Of a DNA stretch of 64,000 nucleotides, positions 63,377 through 64,000 are shown in pieces. Within the stretch, counting starts at the first letter, position 1. Each line of letters starts with the position of its first letter. Source of the DNA: Bdellovibrionota bacterium (GTDB taxonomy: Bacteria; Bdellovibrionota; Bdellovibrionia; Bdellovibrionales; JAEYZS01); contig JAZKEU010000008.1 in assembly GCA_040386775.1 (NCBI GenBank), forward strand, positions 169,184 to 233,183. Reading direction: 5' to 3'. The position numbers were made by a program, and so were the translations under genes. A model generated the notes under the pieces. That model was not told the origin of the DNA and made no database searches. It worked only from the letters and a program-made list of their open reading frames with translations.

Positions 63377-63397
63377 ATTAAAAGTTATTCTAAACGA

Positions 63398-63739
63398 CTA
63401 TTTCAAGTGCTTAGAAACAAACTTTGTCATTTCAAACATAGAAACTTGGTTTTTCCCGAAGATAGGCTTTAATTTGCTATCAGCGTTGATGTTTCTTCTG
63501 TTTTTAGAATCTTGAAGATTGTTCTTCTTGATGTAAGCCCAAAGTTTTTTAACAACTTCAGTTCTTGGAATAGCTTTAGTTCCGATAACTTCAGCAAGAG
63601 CTGCAGACGGAGTTAAAGGCTTCATGAAAGCTGCATTCGGCTTTCTTTTAGTCTTAGCTTTTTTAGGAGCTGCAGCCTTCTTAGTTGCTTTTTTCATAAC
63701 TTTCTTTGTAGCTTTTTTAGTAGCTTTCTTCTTTGCCAT
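63398..63739 (-). CDS. SWIB/MDM2-domain protein with Lys/Ala-rich N-terminal tail
   Basis: The C-terminal 75 aa (LTPSAALAEVIG...RTEVVKKLWAYIKKNNLQD...IFGKNQVSMFEMTKFVSKHL) form the SWIB pattern. The N-terminus is KKATKKATKKVMKKATKKAAAPKKAKTKRK. Confidence 0.8.
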   Translation of the reverse strand: MAKKKATKKATKKVMKKATKKAAAPKKAKTKRKPNAAFMKPLTPSAALAEVIGTKAIPRTEVVKKLWAYIKKNNLQDSKNRRNINADSKLKPIFGKNQVSMFEMTKFVSKHLK

Positions 63740-63888
63740 TTGTGATTTCCTCCATAAATGGTTGGTTTATTAGTTCGTGCTAGATAATCATAACTATTTA
63801 AAAGCTGTTGTCCAAAGAAAAATACAAAAAAAATCACTTTTTTTTCGTGGTGTCCCGAGAGCATGTCTCTATGGGTAGATAAAAATAT

Positions 63889-63943
63889 AGGATTTTTCTC
63901 TCGAGAAATCGACTAAACAAGAGGATTTTCCCTCGAGAATTGA
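63889..63943 (+). repeat. two ~23-nt direct repeats with CTCGAG-centred cores
   Basis: AGGATTTTTCTCTCGAGAAATCGA (63889-63912) and AGGATTTTCCCTCGAGAATTGA (63922-63943) are spaced 33 nt apart. The first contains the palindrome TTTCTC tc GAGAAA. Confidence 0.5.
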
Positions 63944-64000
63944 TCAAAAATTTGCTTATTTTGCATTCATTTTGTGAGGCGGAAGAGCATTCTTAGAGTG

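Overview
Visibly AT-rich bacterial chromosomal window, densely coding on both strands. It holds about 60 credible CDS and one tRNA-Leu(UAA), with no rRNA, no CRISPR array and no obvious prophage. Housekeeping anchors are leucine dehydrogenase, a CBS-less IMPDH/GMP-reductase homologue, a POT peptide transporter, FabI, an RsuA/RluF-type pseudouridine synthase, a YfgM-like/BamB pair, oligoribonuclease, AhcY and Map. Most other genes encode exported proteins with signal peptides or lipoboxes. That bias, a Myxococcus Glt-like envelope module, a TIGR02147-type regulator, a GAF/HD-GYP enzyme and a SWIB-domain protein suggest a Bdellovibrio/Bacteriovorax-like predatory lineage; this is inference only. 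The regions most worth a second look are: (i) A tandem triad of VWA lipoprotein paralogues at 28.4-31.8 kb has near-identical 5' and 3' ends but divergent cores. (ii) An accessory-looking cassette at 13.9-17.5 kb contains a 177-aa catalytic-domain-only tyrosine recombinase and a 358-bp AT-rich spacer with three phased CACAAYAT repeats over a promoter. It also contains an XRE/MqsA-like HTH protein with a polylysine tail and a 677-aa glycine-rich lipoprotein. (iii) A four-gene Glt-like operon at 6.0-13.8 kb is followed by an overlapping di-haem peroxidase/orphan histidine kinase pair. Several operator-like repeat sets, a probable leaderless ArsR gene and an unannotated 38-codon gene with an extended -10 promoter are also reported. 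All calls rest on reading motifs by eye in the supplied ORF translations and DNA. No database search, HMM scan or folding computation was run.
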